From contig JBPCMA010000058.1 of assembly GCA_051002715.1 (NCBI GenBank), positions 1 to 59,564 of the forward strand: 59,564 nucleotides of DNA, read 5' to 3'. The position numbers were made by a program, and so were the translations under genes. The notes beneath the pieces were generated by a model. It saw nothing but the letters and a program-made list of their open reading frames with translations. It searched no databases and was not told where the DNA came from. Below are positions 11,441 to 20,682 of the stretch, piece by piece. This DNA comes from Caulobacteraceae bacterium (GTDB lineage Bacteria > Pseudomonadota > Alphaproteobacteria > Caulobacterales > Caulobacteraceae). Within the stretch, counting starts at the first letter, position 1. Every line of letters starts with the position of its first letter.

Positions 11441-11737
11441 TCAAGGCGCGTGGGAAGGTCGTGGGCAGTCCTCGCCCTTGCGGCCGGCCGGAAACGCCGG
11501 GCGGGTCTCGAAACGAGTTCCGCCGCACCGGAGACAGGGCCGATCGACGAAACCGGCCACCGCTCTGACGCCGGTGGCCTCGTCGCCAACGCCGAGCGCC
11601 TTGAGCCGGGCGATCACCGGCTCAAGAGGTAGGGTGCGACGGTGCATGCAGTCCAGGCAGGTCAACAACACCGCGCCGTCGTGCCGGCGGTAGTGGGAAA
11701 GGGGGACGCCAGGGTCCACGGGGATGAGGGAGATCAC
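11441..11737 (-). CDS. Hypothetical zinc-ribbon protein
   Basis: CLDC and CLRC pairs; start overlaps the upstream stop. Confidence 0.65.
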   Translation of the reverse strand: MISLIPVDPGVPLSHYRRHDGAVLLTCLDCMHRRTLPLEPVIARLKALGVGDEATGVRAVAGFVDRPCLRCGGTRFETRPAFPAGRKGEDCPRPSHAP

Positions 11738-11937
11738 CGCGCGAGTTTGGACGCCACTCTGCGCGCCCGTTCGCGGATTTCCTCCTTTGAAAGAGGCGGC
11801 TTCGCCAGGGCGCGCTTCTTACGCTCGGCGGCGGCTGCCTGGTCCGCGGTGGCGACCGCAAGATGTACCTCGATCTTTGCAAGGCTCGCTGAGATCGCGC
11901 TGAGGTTGGTGGTTACGAGCACTTCAAATGGGCTCAT
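11734..11937 (-). CDS. Hypothetical protein (67 aa)
   Basis: GGAGG RBS before MSPFEV. Confidence 0.6.
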   Translation of the reverse strand: MSPFEVLVTTNLSAISASLAKIEVHLAVATADQAAAAERKKRALAKPPLSKEEIRERARRVASKLAR

Positions 11938-11959
11938 TGTCTTCCTCCAGGGTTGTCCT

Positions 11960-12676
11960 TCAGGATTCGTTGTCCAAGCCTGAAGCCGCCGTGGCCTCAG
12001 CATAGGCTTTCACGCACTCAGGGACCTGTATAGCCGCCTGGGCCATCCACTTCTCCGCTTCCAGCACCGCCTCCGGACTGGAGTCGCCGTTGGCGACCTT
12101 CATCGTCGTGTCGAAAGCCTCGTATTTGGCCGTGTAGGCGAGGCCACAATCGCGGATCGCCTTGTTCAGGCGGGTCCGGTGCGGCTCGGGCACCGCAGGA
12201 CCAAACAGGCGGTCTTCGGCGTGGCTCATCGCCTTTTCGCAATAGTCCCGGGATGCGGAAAGCTCTTCGTAAACACCGTAGATGTCTCGCCTAGAGGGCG
12301 TTATCTTCAGCATCTGGCAAGCCGATGTCGCACCCAAAAATGCGTCGTCCGCCGCTTCGAATTCGGCCACGGCCTGGGCGTGAGTCGGCGCGGTCAGAGG
12401 GACTGCCGCTGATGGTGTGTCACTCGGCGGGGCCGGAGAGCGGAACGCGACGGTTTGTGCCCGGTTGGCTGGTCCCGAGGAGTCGCTGGCGGTTGGGGCG
12501 GTAGGAAGCATGCTCACCCCGACAATGAAAACCACCAAGGCGCCGATCGCGCCGGCGAGCGACGTTGCGCGCTTTCGTAACCAGGCGAACGGAAGGGGAC
12601 GAATGAGGCCCACCAACGAGGCAACGAACAAGACGGGGCCGCCGATCATGCAGAGGCCCGTAAGAAATTCCTTCAT
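11960..12676 (-). CDS. Membrane protein (2 TM helices plus Cys-containing helical domain)
   Basis: Two hydrophobic N-terminal helices, Pro/Ser/Thr linker; directly downstream of the repressor. Confidence 0.75.
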   Translation of the reverse strand: MKEFLTGLCMIGGPVLFVASLVGLIRPLPFAWLRKRATSLAGAIGALVVFIVGVSMLPTAPTASDSSGPANRAQTVAFRSPAPPSDTPSAAVPLTAPTHAQAVAEFEAADDAFLGATSACQMLKITPSRRDIYGVYEELSASRDYCEKAMSHAEDRLFGPAVPEPHRTRLNKAIRDCGLAYTAKYEAFDTTMKVANGDSSPEAVLEAEKWMAQAAIQVPECVKAYAEATAASGLDNES

Positions 12677-12687
12677 AGCGCGCCCTC

Positions 12688-13299
12688 CTAAACCGCCTGC
12701 AGGTTGATCGCCGCGACGACGCGGCCGATGGGGATGAGGTTTTCGCCGCTCTCTTCGCCGAGGCGAATTGGATCGATCGAGGGATTGTCGGCTTCCAGCA
12801 CCAGAGCGTTGGGCTGCAGCTGGACGCGGCGAATGATCGGCCGCCCGTCGAGCAGGAAAGCGTAGACGCGCCGCTCCGCGAGGGAGGCGTCGGGCGCCTT
12901 GCAGATGATCGTCCCGCCGGCCGGCGCGATGGCGGTCATGGCGTCGGAGGGCATCTCGGTGAGCCAGAGCCCGGAGACCGTGCGCGCCACCATCATCAGC
13001 CAGTCGCGCCGGATGGGCACGAGCTCGATCGCCCTTGGCGGCGCCGCGCTCTCGAAGGTGAATATGTCGTAGCGCGGCAGCGGCGCGAGATCACCTTCGG
13101 AAAGGTAGTCGCCGCCTGGATCCTGGACGCCTTCGCCGGTCACCAGCCACTTTGCGTCCACGCCAAGTTCGTCGGCGATGGTGAAGGCGCGGTCGGCGCT
13201 GGGCATGGCCCCGCGCAGGTAGCCGTCCATCGTCGTGGAGGCGATTCCCACCGCCCTGGCGACCTCGGCGGACTTGCGAAAACCGATCGCCGTGTGCAT
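12688..13299 (-). CDS. CI/LexA-like repressor (HTH plus degenerate S24 domain); start uncertain
   Basis: AEVARAVGIASTTM...LGVDAKWLVTG HTH; C-terminal S24-like fold (ADNP); divergent from ner. Confidence 0.85.
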   Translation of the reverse strand: MHTAIGFRKSAEVARAVGIASTTMDGYLRGAMPSADRAFTIADELGVDAKWLVTGEGVQDPGGDYLSEGDLAPLPRYDIFTFESAAPPRAIELVPIRRDWLMMVARTVSGLWLTEMPSDAMTAIAPAGGTIICKAPDASLAERRVYAFLLDGRPIIRRVQLQPNALVLEADNPSIDPIRLGEESGENLIPIGRVVAAINLQAV

Positions 13300-13347
13300 G
13301 CGCCCCGAAAACCCTGACCTGATCGTCGAATTTCGTTCGTCGGGCGC

Positions 13348-13397
13348 TTGACTGTCCCGGTTTTTGGGTTCTAATCCCCGTTCGCGGGCAGCGTCAA
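13348..13397. promoter_or_regulatory. Overlapping early and repressor promoters on opposite strands
   Basis: Plus strand TTGACT-N17-CTAATC (13348-13376); minus strand TTGACG-N17-TTAGAA (13397-13369); the -10 elements overlap. Confidence 0.65.
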
Positions 13398-13425
13398 CCC
13401 CGCTCACGGGGAGGCCTCGCCGCCG

Positions 13426-13680
13426 ATGCATCCGGAAAATATCAAAGCCGAGCTGCGCAAGCGATTCGGTACGGTCAAGGCCTTCGAGGCCGCCAACGGG
13501 CTCGGCGTGGACTCGGTTCGCGACGTCCTGCGCGGCCGATCGGCGCGAAAAACCGCCGAAGCCATCGCCAACGCTCTTGAAAGTCCTCTCACGGCGCTGT
13601 TCCCCGGCCGGTTCGCCCAGCTCGAGCAGGATACATCCCGGAAACGGGACGCGCACCGTCTAAATCAGCGCGTCGCCTAG
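13426..13680 (+). CDS. ner: Ner-like DNA-binding protein
   Basis: MHPENIKAELRKR...AIANAL...LFPGRF; first early gene. Confidence 0.85.
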   Translation: MHPENIKAELRKRFGTVKAFEAANGLGVDSVRDVLRGRSARKTAEAIANALESPLTALFPGRFAQLEQDTSRKRDAHRLNQRVA

Positions 13681-13682
13681 AC

Positions 13683-14576
13683 ATGGCCCGCGCCCACGAG
13701 GTCGTCGGCGAGATCGTCGCCATACCGCCGATCGCGATTCGGGTCGGCCATAGGCTCAGGCCCATAGACCCGACATGGGCCGCCGCCCTGGGGGCGATCA
13801 TGGCGGCGGAGGGGCAGCGGACGCCGATCGAGGTCTGCCAACTCCCCGGTGACCGGGGCTATCTGCTGGTCTCGGGCGGCCATCGGCTCGAAGGCGCGCG
13901 GCTCGCGGCGTTGCCGACGATCAACGCGGTCATTGTCGACGCCAACAAGATCGAGCGGCGGTCGCGGGAGGTGTCCGAGAACCTCTGGCGCAAGGGCCTG
14001 GACCCGATCGATCGGGCGGCCTTCGTGGCGGAGCTCGTTAGGCTGAAGAAGGTCGCCGCCGGCCTCGATCCGGCAAAGGACGGCCGGGCCGCTTCGGCCG
14101 TTGCACGGTGGAGCGCCCGCGAGGCGCGGGAGGCGGCGCGCGATGCAACGGGCGCCGTGACCGTTGCATACGGCTGGTCGGTCGAAGTCGGCGAAAAGCT
14201 GGGCATCGGCGAGCGCACGGTTCGTCGCGACCTGGCCCTCTATCGCCTTCTCCTGCCCGACGTCGTCGATTTGATCCGGGGCCACCCCCTCGCCGCCAGC
14301 GCTGGCCAGCTCATGGCGCTGACACGGCTAACTCACGAGGACCAACGGGCGGTCGCAACGATGATCGTCTCCGGGCGGGCCAAGACCCCGGCCGATGCCG
14401 TCGCCACCCTTCGCCAAATTCCCAAACCGAGCCCCGAGACCAAGGCCTGGTCGGCCTTCTTCGGCGGCTGGAGCCGGATGTCGGGGGTCGCTCGCCGCGA
14501 CGCCCTGGACGCGCTCGCCAGGCAAGGTCTTCCCAAGGGCTGGCGCATCGTTCGCGAAGGGGAGGCGGTGCGATGA
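13683..14576 (+). CDS. ParB-like protein
   Basis: GQRTPIEV, LVSGGHRLEGA, ENLWR and a central HTH. Confidence 0.85.
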   Translation: MARAHEVVGEIVAIPPIAIRVGHRLRPIDPTWAAALGAIMAAEGQRTPIEVCQLPGDRGYLLVSGGHRLEGARLAALPTINAVIVDANKIERRSREVSENLWRKGLDPIDRAAFVAELVRLKKVAAGLDPAKDGRAASAVARWSAREAREAARDATGAVTVAYGWSVEVGEKLGIGERTVRRDLALYRLLLPDVVDLIRGHPLAASAGQLMALTRLTHEDQRAVATMIVSGRAKTPADAVATLRQIPKPSPETKAWSAFFGGWSRMSGVARRDALDALARQGLPKGWRIVREGEAVR

Positions 14577-14938
14577 CGACGGAAGGGATCAAGGCCGAAC
14601 TGCGCACCCGGTTCGGCTCGCTGAGCTGTTTCGAAATCGCTCAAGGATTGGCGAAGGACTCCGTCCGCAAATCGTTGAAGGGCCGCGTCTCGCGGCGAGT
14701 GTCGGAAGCCGTCGCTCAGGCGCTGGGCCGGTCGCCGGAAGAGCTTTTCCCCGCACTGGTCCGCGCCCGACGGCGGCCGGACCGCCAGAGCATGAAGGTT
14801 CGGGACCCAGCCGCTGAGGCGGCGACGCAGCGCTTGGCCTCTTTTCTTTCAAACTTCCGGCTGATGCCCGCCCCGCAGCGCCAACAGGCGCTCGCGGCGC
14901 CGGTTCGCGAACATGGCGAGGCGGCGCTCCGCCCATGA
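14573..14938 (+). CDS. Second Ner-like protein with a C-terminal extension
   Basis: GIKAELRTRFGSL...DSVRKSLKGR...AVAQALG...LFP aligns by eye with ner. Confidence 0.75.
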   Translation: MTTEGIKAELRTRFGSLSCFEIAQGLAKDSVRKSLKGRVSRRVSEAVAQALGRSPEELFPALVRARRRPDRQSMKVRDPAAEAATQRLASFLSNFRLMPAPQRQQALAAPVREHGEAALRP

Positions 14939-15378
14939 AAACCGGCCGCGACGACTTGAACGAACTGGTCAGGGTCAGCTCCATCCCGGCCGACGAGCCG
15001 ATCTTTATTCTGCGGGCGCAGGACGTGGCGGCGGCGGCGACGGTGCGGGACTGGGCAGCGCGGCACTTTGCCGAGCGCTCGTCGGTTTCGGTGATCGAGC
15101 AGGCCCTGCGCCAGGCCGACGCCATGGATAAGTGGCCGGTCAAGCAGCCCCTGAACGACGGTCACCTGGCCGATCACGAGGCCAAGCAGCTCGTCTACGC
15201 CCACGGCCGCCGCGAGTGGAACAGCGGCAAGATCGTCGCCGAGACCCACGCCACGGCGCTGATGGCCGAGATCGTCCGCACTCTCATCGACTGGGGCGAG
15301 GCGGAAGGGGCCGCGCCGCCCGGCGTCCTGGCCCTGATCGCGAAGGCCCAGGAATTGCGGGCGACGCTCGATGGCTAA
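14935..15378 (+). CDS. Hypothetical phage protein
   Basis: ATGA coupling; DEPIFILRAQD motif. Confidence 0.7.
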   Translation: MKTGRDDLNELVRVSSIPADEPIFILRAQDVAAAATVRDWAARHFAERSSVSVIEQALRQADAMDKWPVKQPLNDGHLADHEAKQLVYAHGRREWNSGKIVAETHATALMAEIVRTLIDWGEAEGAAPPGVLALIAKAQELRATLDG

Positions 15379-15838
15379 GCGCCGGGCCGCCCTCCACGCC
15401 GACCAGCTGGCCTTCACCTTCGCCGCGCCCAAGCCGGCGCGGCACGAGGCGGACCTGGCCGGCCTGGAGCGGACCATCGCGGCGGGCGTGGCGCGGGCAC
15501 TCAAGGAAGATTCCCGCTCCCGCGAGGAGATCGCCGGGGCCATGTCGTCGCTCCTGGCCGAAGAGGTGACCCGCTGGATGCTGGACGCCTATGCGTCCGA
15601 AGCGCGCGACCAGCACAAGGTTTCGGCCGGCCGGTTCCTCGCCTTGATGGCGGTCACCGAGCGATTCGACATCCTCGACGCGGTGATGATCCGGGTCGGG
15701 GCGCGGGTCCTGGTCGGCGACGAGGTCCACACCGCCCGCGTCGGCCACCTCAAGGCCCACATCCGCCGGCTCTCGGGCGAGCTCAAGGCGGCCGAGCGAA
15801 TGGCCCAGCCGATCGAGCGCGGAGGCCGTGTCGAATGA
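15371..15838 (+). CDS. Mu-like phage protein upstream of the transposase
   Basis: SREEIAGAMS...MLDAYASEAR; synteny. Confidence 0.75.
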   Translation: MAKRRAALHADQLAFTFAAPKPARHEADLAGLERTIAAGVARALKEDSRSREEIAGAMSSLLAEEVTRWMLDAYASEARDQHKVSAGRFLALMAVTERFDILDAVMIRVGARVLVGDEVHTARVGHLKAHIRRLSGELKAAERMAQPIERGGRVE

Positions 15839-17778
15839 CCGTCCTGGGGGGCGAAAAGACTTGGTTCACGGCCGCCGATCTGGCCGCCCTGGCCCTGCCG
15901 GGCCTGCCCAAGGTCAAGCGGGCGGTCAACGAGCTGGCCGCCGACGCTCGCTGGGCGCTGCGGCGCGACAGCGCCGGCAAGTCGCTGGCCAGGCCTCGGG
16001 CCGGGCGCGGCGGCGGCCTGGAATACCATGCGGGCCTGCTGCCGCCGGCAGCCACCGCCGAATTGGCCCGGCGCGGCCTGATCGCCTTCGACCCGGCGAG
16101 CAACGTGGTGCCGATCAAGGCGCCCGAGCCGCCCGATTGCCGGTGGGCGTGGTTCGAGCGCCAGTCGGATCTGGTCAAGGAGCAGGCGCGCCGCCGCCAG
16201 AGGGCCTGCGACGCGGTGGCGGCCATCGAGCGCGGCGGCCAGAGCCGCACCTGCGCGGTGGCGCAGGTCGCGGTCGCCCACGTGGTCTCGCCGGCCACGG
16301 TGTGGACGTGGCTGGGCCTGGTCGCCGGCGTCCCGCGCCCCGAGTGGCTGCCCAGTCTGGCCCCGCGCCGCCAGGGCGGCGGGGCCGAGCGGGAGATCGA
16401 CGCCCAGGCCTGGTCTGTCTTCAAGTCCGACTATCTGCGGCCCGAGCGGCCGACGCTGGCCAGCTGTTACGCCCGGCTAAAGGCCTACGCCGCCCCGCGC
16501 GCCCTCGAATTTCCCCACCTCAAGACCTTGCAGCGCCGCCTTGAGCGCGAAGTGGACGGCCGGGTGATCGTCGCCCGCCGATCGGGCGCCGAGGCCCTGC
16601 GCCGCCTTCTGCCGCCCCAGCAGCGCACCGTCGCGGGCCTCGCGGCGATGGAGCTGGTCAACATCGATGGGCACAAGTGGGACGTCTTCGTGCGCTGGCC
16701 CGATGGCCACGTTCAGCGCCCGATGATGGTGGCGATCCAGGACGTCTACAGCCGCAAGTTCCTGGCCTGGCGGATCGGCGAGAGCGAGAACGTCGCCCAG
16801 ACCCGCCTGGCGTTCGGCGACCTCTTCAAGGCCTATGGAATTCCGGCCGGCTGCGTCCTCGATAACGGCCGCGCCTTCGCCTCCAAGGCGATGACCGGCG
16901 GGGCCAAGACCCGCTTCCGGTGGAAAATCCGCCCCGAGGACCCGACCGGGCTCCTGACCTCGCTGGGGATCGACATCCACTGGGCCATCCCCTTCCGGGG
17001 CCAGTCCAAGCCGATCGAACGCGGTTTTCGCGACCTCTGCGACCACGGCGCCCGCCACCCCGCCTTCGCCGGCGCCTATACCGGCAACTCCCCCACAGCC
17101 AAGCCGGAGAATTACGGCGAGCGGGCCGTCGATCTGGCCGTTTTCACCCGGATCGTCGGTCAGATCATGGCCGCCCACAACGCCAAGGGCGGCCGGCGGA
17201 CCGAGGCCGCCCACGGCGGCAGTTTCGATGAGGCGTTCGCCGCCTCCTACGCCCGCGCCCCGATCCGCAAGGCCGCCCCCGAGCAGTTGCGCATGGCCCT
17301 GCTGGCCGCCGACCAGGTGACCGCCGATCGGGCGAGCGGGGCGATCCGGCTCTACGACAACCGCTATTGGAGCGAGGCCCTGAGCGCGGTCGCCGGCGAC
17401 AAGGTCACCGTCCGCTTCGACCCCGACGATCTCAGCGGCGAGGTCCACGTCTACACCCTGGACGGCCGCTTCCTGGCCACCGCCCCGGCCAGAGAAGCCA
17501 CCGGCTTTCTCGATGTGGCGGCCGCCAAGGCCCGCGCCCGTCTGGAATCCGATCACCGCAAGGCGGCCCGCCGGGCGGTCGAACTGGAGGGCCTGCTCAC
17601 CGCCGACCAGGTGGCCGCCCTGCTGCCCGGCGACGAGCCGGAGGGCGAGGTGGCCGGCCCGCGGGTGATCCGCCCGGTGCGGATCGCCGCCACGGCCGCC
17701 GCCGCCCGGCGCGCGCCGATCATCGACCGTTTCGATTTCGAGGAGATCGCGCCGGCCCGACTGCGGCTGGTCGAATGA
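15835..17778 (+). CDS. MuA-like DDE transposase
   Basis: N-terminal WFTAADLA...GRGGGLEY Mu DNA-binding domain; IDGH, LDNGRAF, KPIER catalytic motifs. Confidence 0.95.
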   Translation: MTVLGGEKTWFTAADLAALALPGLPKVKRAVNELAADARWALRRDSAGKSLARPRAGRGGGLEYHAGLLPPAATAELARRGLIAFDPASNVVPIKAPEPPDCRWAWFERQSDLVKEQARRRQRACDAVAAIERGGQSRTCAVAQVAVAHVVSPATVWTWLGLVAGVPRPEWLPSLAPRRQGGGAEREIDAQAWSVFKSDYLRPERPTLASCYARLKAYAAPRALEFPHLKTLQRRLEREVDGRVIVARRSGAEALRRLLPPQQRTVAGLAAMELVNIDGHKWDVFVRWPDGHVQRPMMVAIQDVYSRKFLAWRIGESENVAQTRLAFGDLFKAYGIPAGCVLDNGRAFASKAMTGGAKTRFRWKIRPEDPTGLLTSLGIDIHWAIPFRGQSKPIERGFRDLCDHGARHPAFAGAYTGNSPTAKPENYGERAVDLAVFTRIVGQIMAAHNAKGGRRTEAAHGGSFDEAFAASYARAPIRKAAPEQLRMALLAADQVTADRASGAIRLYDNRYWSEALSAVAGDKVTVRFDPDDLSGEVHVYTLDGRFLATAPAREATGFLDVAAAKARARLESDHRKAARRAVELEGLLTADQVAALLPGDEPEGEVAGPRVIRPVRIAATAAAARRAPIIDRFDFEEIAPARLRLVE

Positions 17779-17859
17779 AAGGCGGCGGCGGGGCGCCTGA
17801 AACGCCCCGCCGCCGAAGTCCACGCCGAACTGGCCCTCATCAACGCGAAGGAGCCTAGC

Positions 17860-18816
17860 ATGAACGCCAACCGCGGCAAAACCGAGTTCACCCCGGAGGA
17901 GATCGACGACCTCCGCGACCGCCTGCGCGCCCACAAGGACAAGCTGGGCCTCTCCTGGGCCGATCTGGGCAAGATCAGCGGCGTGCCGACCGGCACCATC
18001 TCCAGCTGGGTGCCCGGCGCCTACAACAACGGCAAGCTCTACGACAACCACGACATCCCCGGCCGCGTCTGGCGGTTCTTCGCCTCGCTGGAAGAGAAGG
18101 AGGCGCTGGAGGCGGCCATGCCGGCCGAACCCGACTTCCAGCTGACCACTTCGGCGCGGCGAATGATGACGTGCCTGGCCATGGCCCAGCTGGGCGACAT
18201 GGCCCTAATCTCCACCCCGCCCGGGATCGGCAAGACCGCCGCCATCAAACAGTATGCGGCCACGCGCGGCCAGGTCTTCGTGGTCACGGCGAGCCCCGCC
18301 TCGCGCGGGGTGTCGACGGTGCTGATCGCCATCCTCGCCGCCATGGGCGAGCGGGACGCCAAGGGGACCCCGCAGATTCTGTCGGCCCGCGCCCGCGCCC
18401 GGGTGCGCGACGCCGGCGCGCTGCTGATCATCGACGAGGCGCAGCACCTGTCGGCGCAGGCGCTGGACGAGGTCCGCTCGATCCACGACGACACCGGCTG
18501 CGGCGTCGCCCTGGCCGGCGACGAGACCCTGATCGCCAACCTCAAGCGCTACCCCCAGCTCTATTCCCGCCTGGGCGTCCGCCACAGCCAGCCACGGCCG
18601 CTGATCGAGGACATCTCGATCGTCGCCGCCGCCTGGAAGGTGGAGCGTGGCGCCACCCTCGCCTACCTCCACGAGATCGGGCGGAAGAGCGGCGGCATCC
18701 GCACCCTCACCAAGACCCTCAAGCTCGCCGTCCGCGCCGCCCGCGCCGGCGGCGCGCCCCTCGATGTCACCGACCTGCGTGACGCCTGGGCGCAGCGGTT
18801 CGGAGAGGCGGCATGA
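17860..18816 (+). CDS. MuB-like AAA+ transposition protein
   Basis: N-terminal HTH, PGIGKT Walker A, IIDEAQHL Walker B. Confidence 0.93.
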   Translation: MNANRGKTEFTPEEIDDLRDRLRAHKDKLGLSWADLGKISGVPTGTISSWVPGAYNNGKLYDNHDIPGRVWRFFASLEEKEALEAAMPAEPDFQLTTSARRMMTCLAMAQLGDMALISTPPGIGKTAAIKQYAATRGQVFVVTASPASRGVSTVLIAILAAMGERDAKGTPQILSARARARVRDAGALLIIDEAQHLSAQALDEVRSIHDDTGCGVALAGDETLIANLKRYPQLYSRLGVRHSQPRPLIEDISIVAAAWKVERGATLAYLHEIGRKSGGIRTLTKTLKLAVRAARAGGAPLDVTDLRDAWAQRFGEAA

Positions 18817-18986
18817 GGCCGATCAAAGACCCTGTCCACGGCACCGCGAAGGGCTGCGGCTGCAAGAAGCACGAGATCGAGCCCGGCCGCAGCGTGCCGA
18901 GTCGCTGGGACAACCACCTGTTCGAGACCTGGGCCGAGCGCAAAGCGCGGCGCGCGGCCGGCCGGACCGAGGGAGTGCGGTCATGA
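18813..18986 (+). CDS. Hypothetical protein (57 aa)
   Basis: ATGA overlaps at both ends. Confidence 0.45.
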   Translation: MRPIKDPVHGTAKGCGCKKHEIEPGRSVPSRWDNHLFETWAERKARRAAGRTEGVRS

Positions 18987-19219
18987 CCCTGCACCTCATC
19001 GCCGACGCTCGGCGGGACCTGCGGGCGATCACCGAGCGGGCCGAGCACGGCTGCCTCTCCCCCGAGGGGCTGAAATACCTCGTCGCGCGTCTGGACGGAC
19101 GATTGGACGACATCGAGGCGATGCTCGACCACGCCGGCCCGGCCGCCCTCGGCCCTCGCCTCGCCTTCGCCCGCCGCATCGTCCGGGGCCTGGGCGTCAT
19201 CGAGGGGGGCCGGCCGTGA
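18983..19219 (+). CDS. Hypothetical protein
   Basis: GGAG RBS; MTLHLIADARR. Confidence 0.55.
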   Translation: MTLHLIADARRDLRAITERAEHGCLSPEGLKYLVARLDGRLDDIEAMLDHAGPAALGPRLAFARRIVRGLGVIEGGRP

Positions 19220-19355
19220 CCCGCCCCGAAGACCTGGGAGAGCGGTCGTGATCCGCGCCCCGATCCTCATCGCCATCCTGCCGCGCCGCCGCCCGCCGGG
19301 GCCCGTCGCCCGCTGGATCGCCTGGTTGATTCACACCCCAAGGAAGGACTGACAC

Positions 19356-20012
19356 ATGGACGCGACCACCGAAACCCGCCTGGCGGACGCCGGCCCAGGC
19401 CAGGTGTCGATCGCCGGGCGGCTCTACATGGCCGACGCCAAGGGCGCCCTGGTGCCCGTCGAGTCGGTCAAGGCCCAGCACAAGCTGGAGGACGAGCTGG
19501 TGCGCAAGATCGCCAGCTACGCCGAGCCGCTGGCGGCCGAGATCGCCCGCTTCCGCGCCCACACCTTTGAGGACGTGGACGCCTTCGTGGCGCTCATGGA
19601 GCAGCAGTATCGGGCGCGCGGCGGAGCGAAGGGCAACCTCACCTTCACCACCTACGACGGGCTGATGAAGGTCCAGGTCCAGGTCGCCGACCAGATCGTC
19701 TTCGGCGCGGAACTGCAGATCGCCAAGGGCCTGGTCGACGAGTGCCTCACCGACTGGTCGGAGGGCAGCCGCGCCGAACTCCGAGCCATCGTCCATCGCG
19801 CCTTCAACGTCGACCAGGCCGGCCGGATCAATCGCGGCGAGCTGCTGTCGCTGCTGCGCCTGGAGATCGCCGACCCGCGCTGGCTGCGGGCCATGGAAGC
19901 GATCCGCGACTCGATCCGGGTGGTCGGCTCGAAGCGCTACGTGCGCATCTATCGCCGCGACAATCCGCAGGCGCCCTGGCGACCGGTGGCGATCGACGTG
20001 GCGGCCTCGTGA
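19356..20012 (+). CDS. DUF3164 family protein (Mu-like phage)
   Basis: YMADAKGALVP, KGNLTFTTYDG, FGAELQIAKGLVDECL, SKRYVRIY. Confidence 0.88.
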   Translation: MDATTETRLADAGPGQVSIAGRLYMADAKGALVPVESVKAQHKLEDELVRKIASYAEPLAAEIARFRAHTFEDVDAFVALMEQQYRARGGAKGNLTFTTYDGLMKVQVQVADQIVFGAELQIAKGLVDECLTDWSEGSRAELRAIVHRAFNVDQAGRINRGELLSLLRLEIADPRWLRAMEAIRDSIRVVGSKRYVRIYRRDNPQAPWRPVAIDVAAS

Positions 20013-20185
20013 TGGCCTTCCCCAAACACCGGCGGCGGCTCCCTCCTGGCCGCATGCCGCGCGCGCCGGAGGCGTGGCTGGCGGCCCACGACATCGAGCG
20101 ACTGATCGCCGAGCAGGCCGATCATGACGAGGCGCGGGCCGAGGCGGAATTCGCCGCCCTCCTGGCCGAGCCGGAGCCGGACTGA
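20012..20185 (+). CDS. Hypothetical protein
   Basis: TGATG coupling at both ends. Confidence 0.5.
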   Translation: MAFPKHRRRLPPGRMPRAPEAWLAAHDIERLIAEQADHDEARAEAEFAALLAEPEPD

Positions 20186-20682
20186 TGGCCAGGCCGAGCG
20201 CCACCTTGACCGATGCCTTCGACCGCTTCTGGGCGGCCTATCCGCCGCGCCCGGACAACCCCAAGGCGGCGGCGCGCGAGGTGTTCCTCCGGCGCGTGCG
20301 CGAAGGGGCCGATCCGGAGGCGATTGTGCGGGCCGCCGGCCGCTACAGCGCCCTCGTCGGCCGCCTCAGGACCGACAGCGCCTTCGTCGCCCACGCCCGC
20401 ACTTGGCTCTCCCAGCGGCGCTATGAGGATTTCCCCGAGCCGCCGGCGCCCGCCCCGGCGCCGGCGACCGAGGCCCATCCGCTGGCCTGGCTGGCCGCCG
20501 AGATCGGCGAGGCGGCGTGGAAATCGTGGATCGGGCCGCTGCGGGTCGATGGCGCCACCGTCACCGCCCCCACCCGCCTGGCCCTGGAGACGGCCGCCGG
20601 CCGATGGGGCCGCGCGATCGAGGCGCGGATGGGCGAGGTCGCCTGGAAGGTGCGGACCAGGGAGAGCGGCGATGTTCGGTGA
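20185..20682 (+). CDS. Replication-protein-like domain fused to a DnaA N-terminal-like domain
   Basis: FDRFWAAYP...TWLSQRRYED followed by LAAEIGEAAWKSWIGPL...TVTAPT. Confidence 0.7.
   Translation: MARPSATLTDAFDRFWAAYPPRPDNPKAAAREVFLRRVREGADPEAIVRAAGRYSALVGRLRTDSAFVAHARTWLSQRRYEDFPEPPAPAPAPATEAHPLAWLAAEIGEAAWKSWIGPLRVDGATVTAPTRLALETAAGRWGRAIEARMGEVAWKVRTRESGDVR

Noticed and set aside
17775-17858. 27-aa ORF between MuA and MuB
   Set aside because: Consists largely of the GC hairpin; no coding evidence
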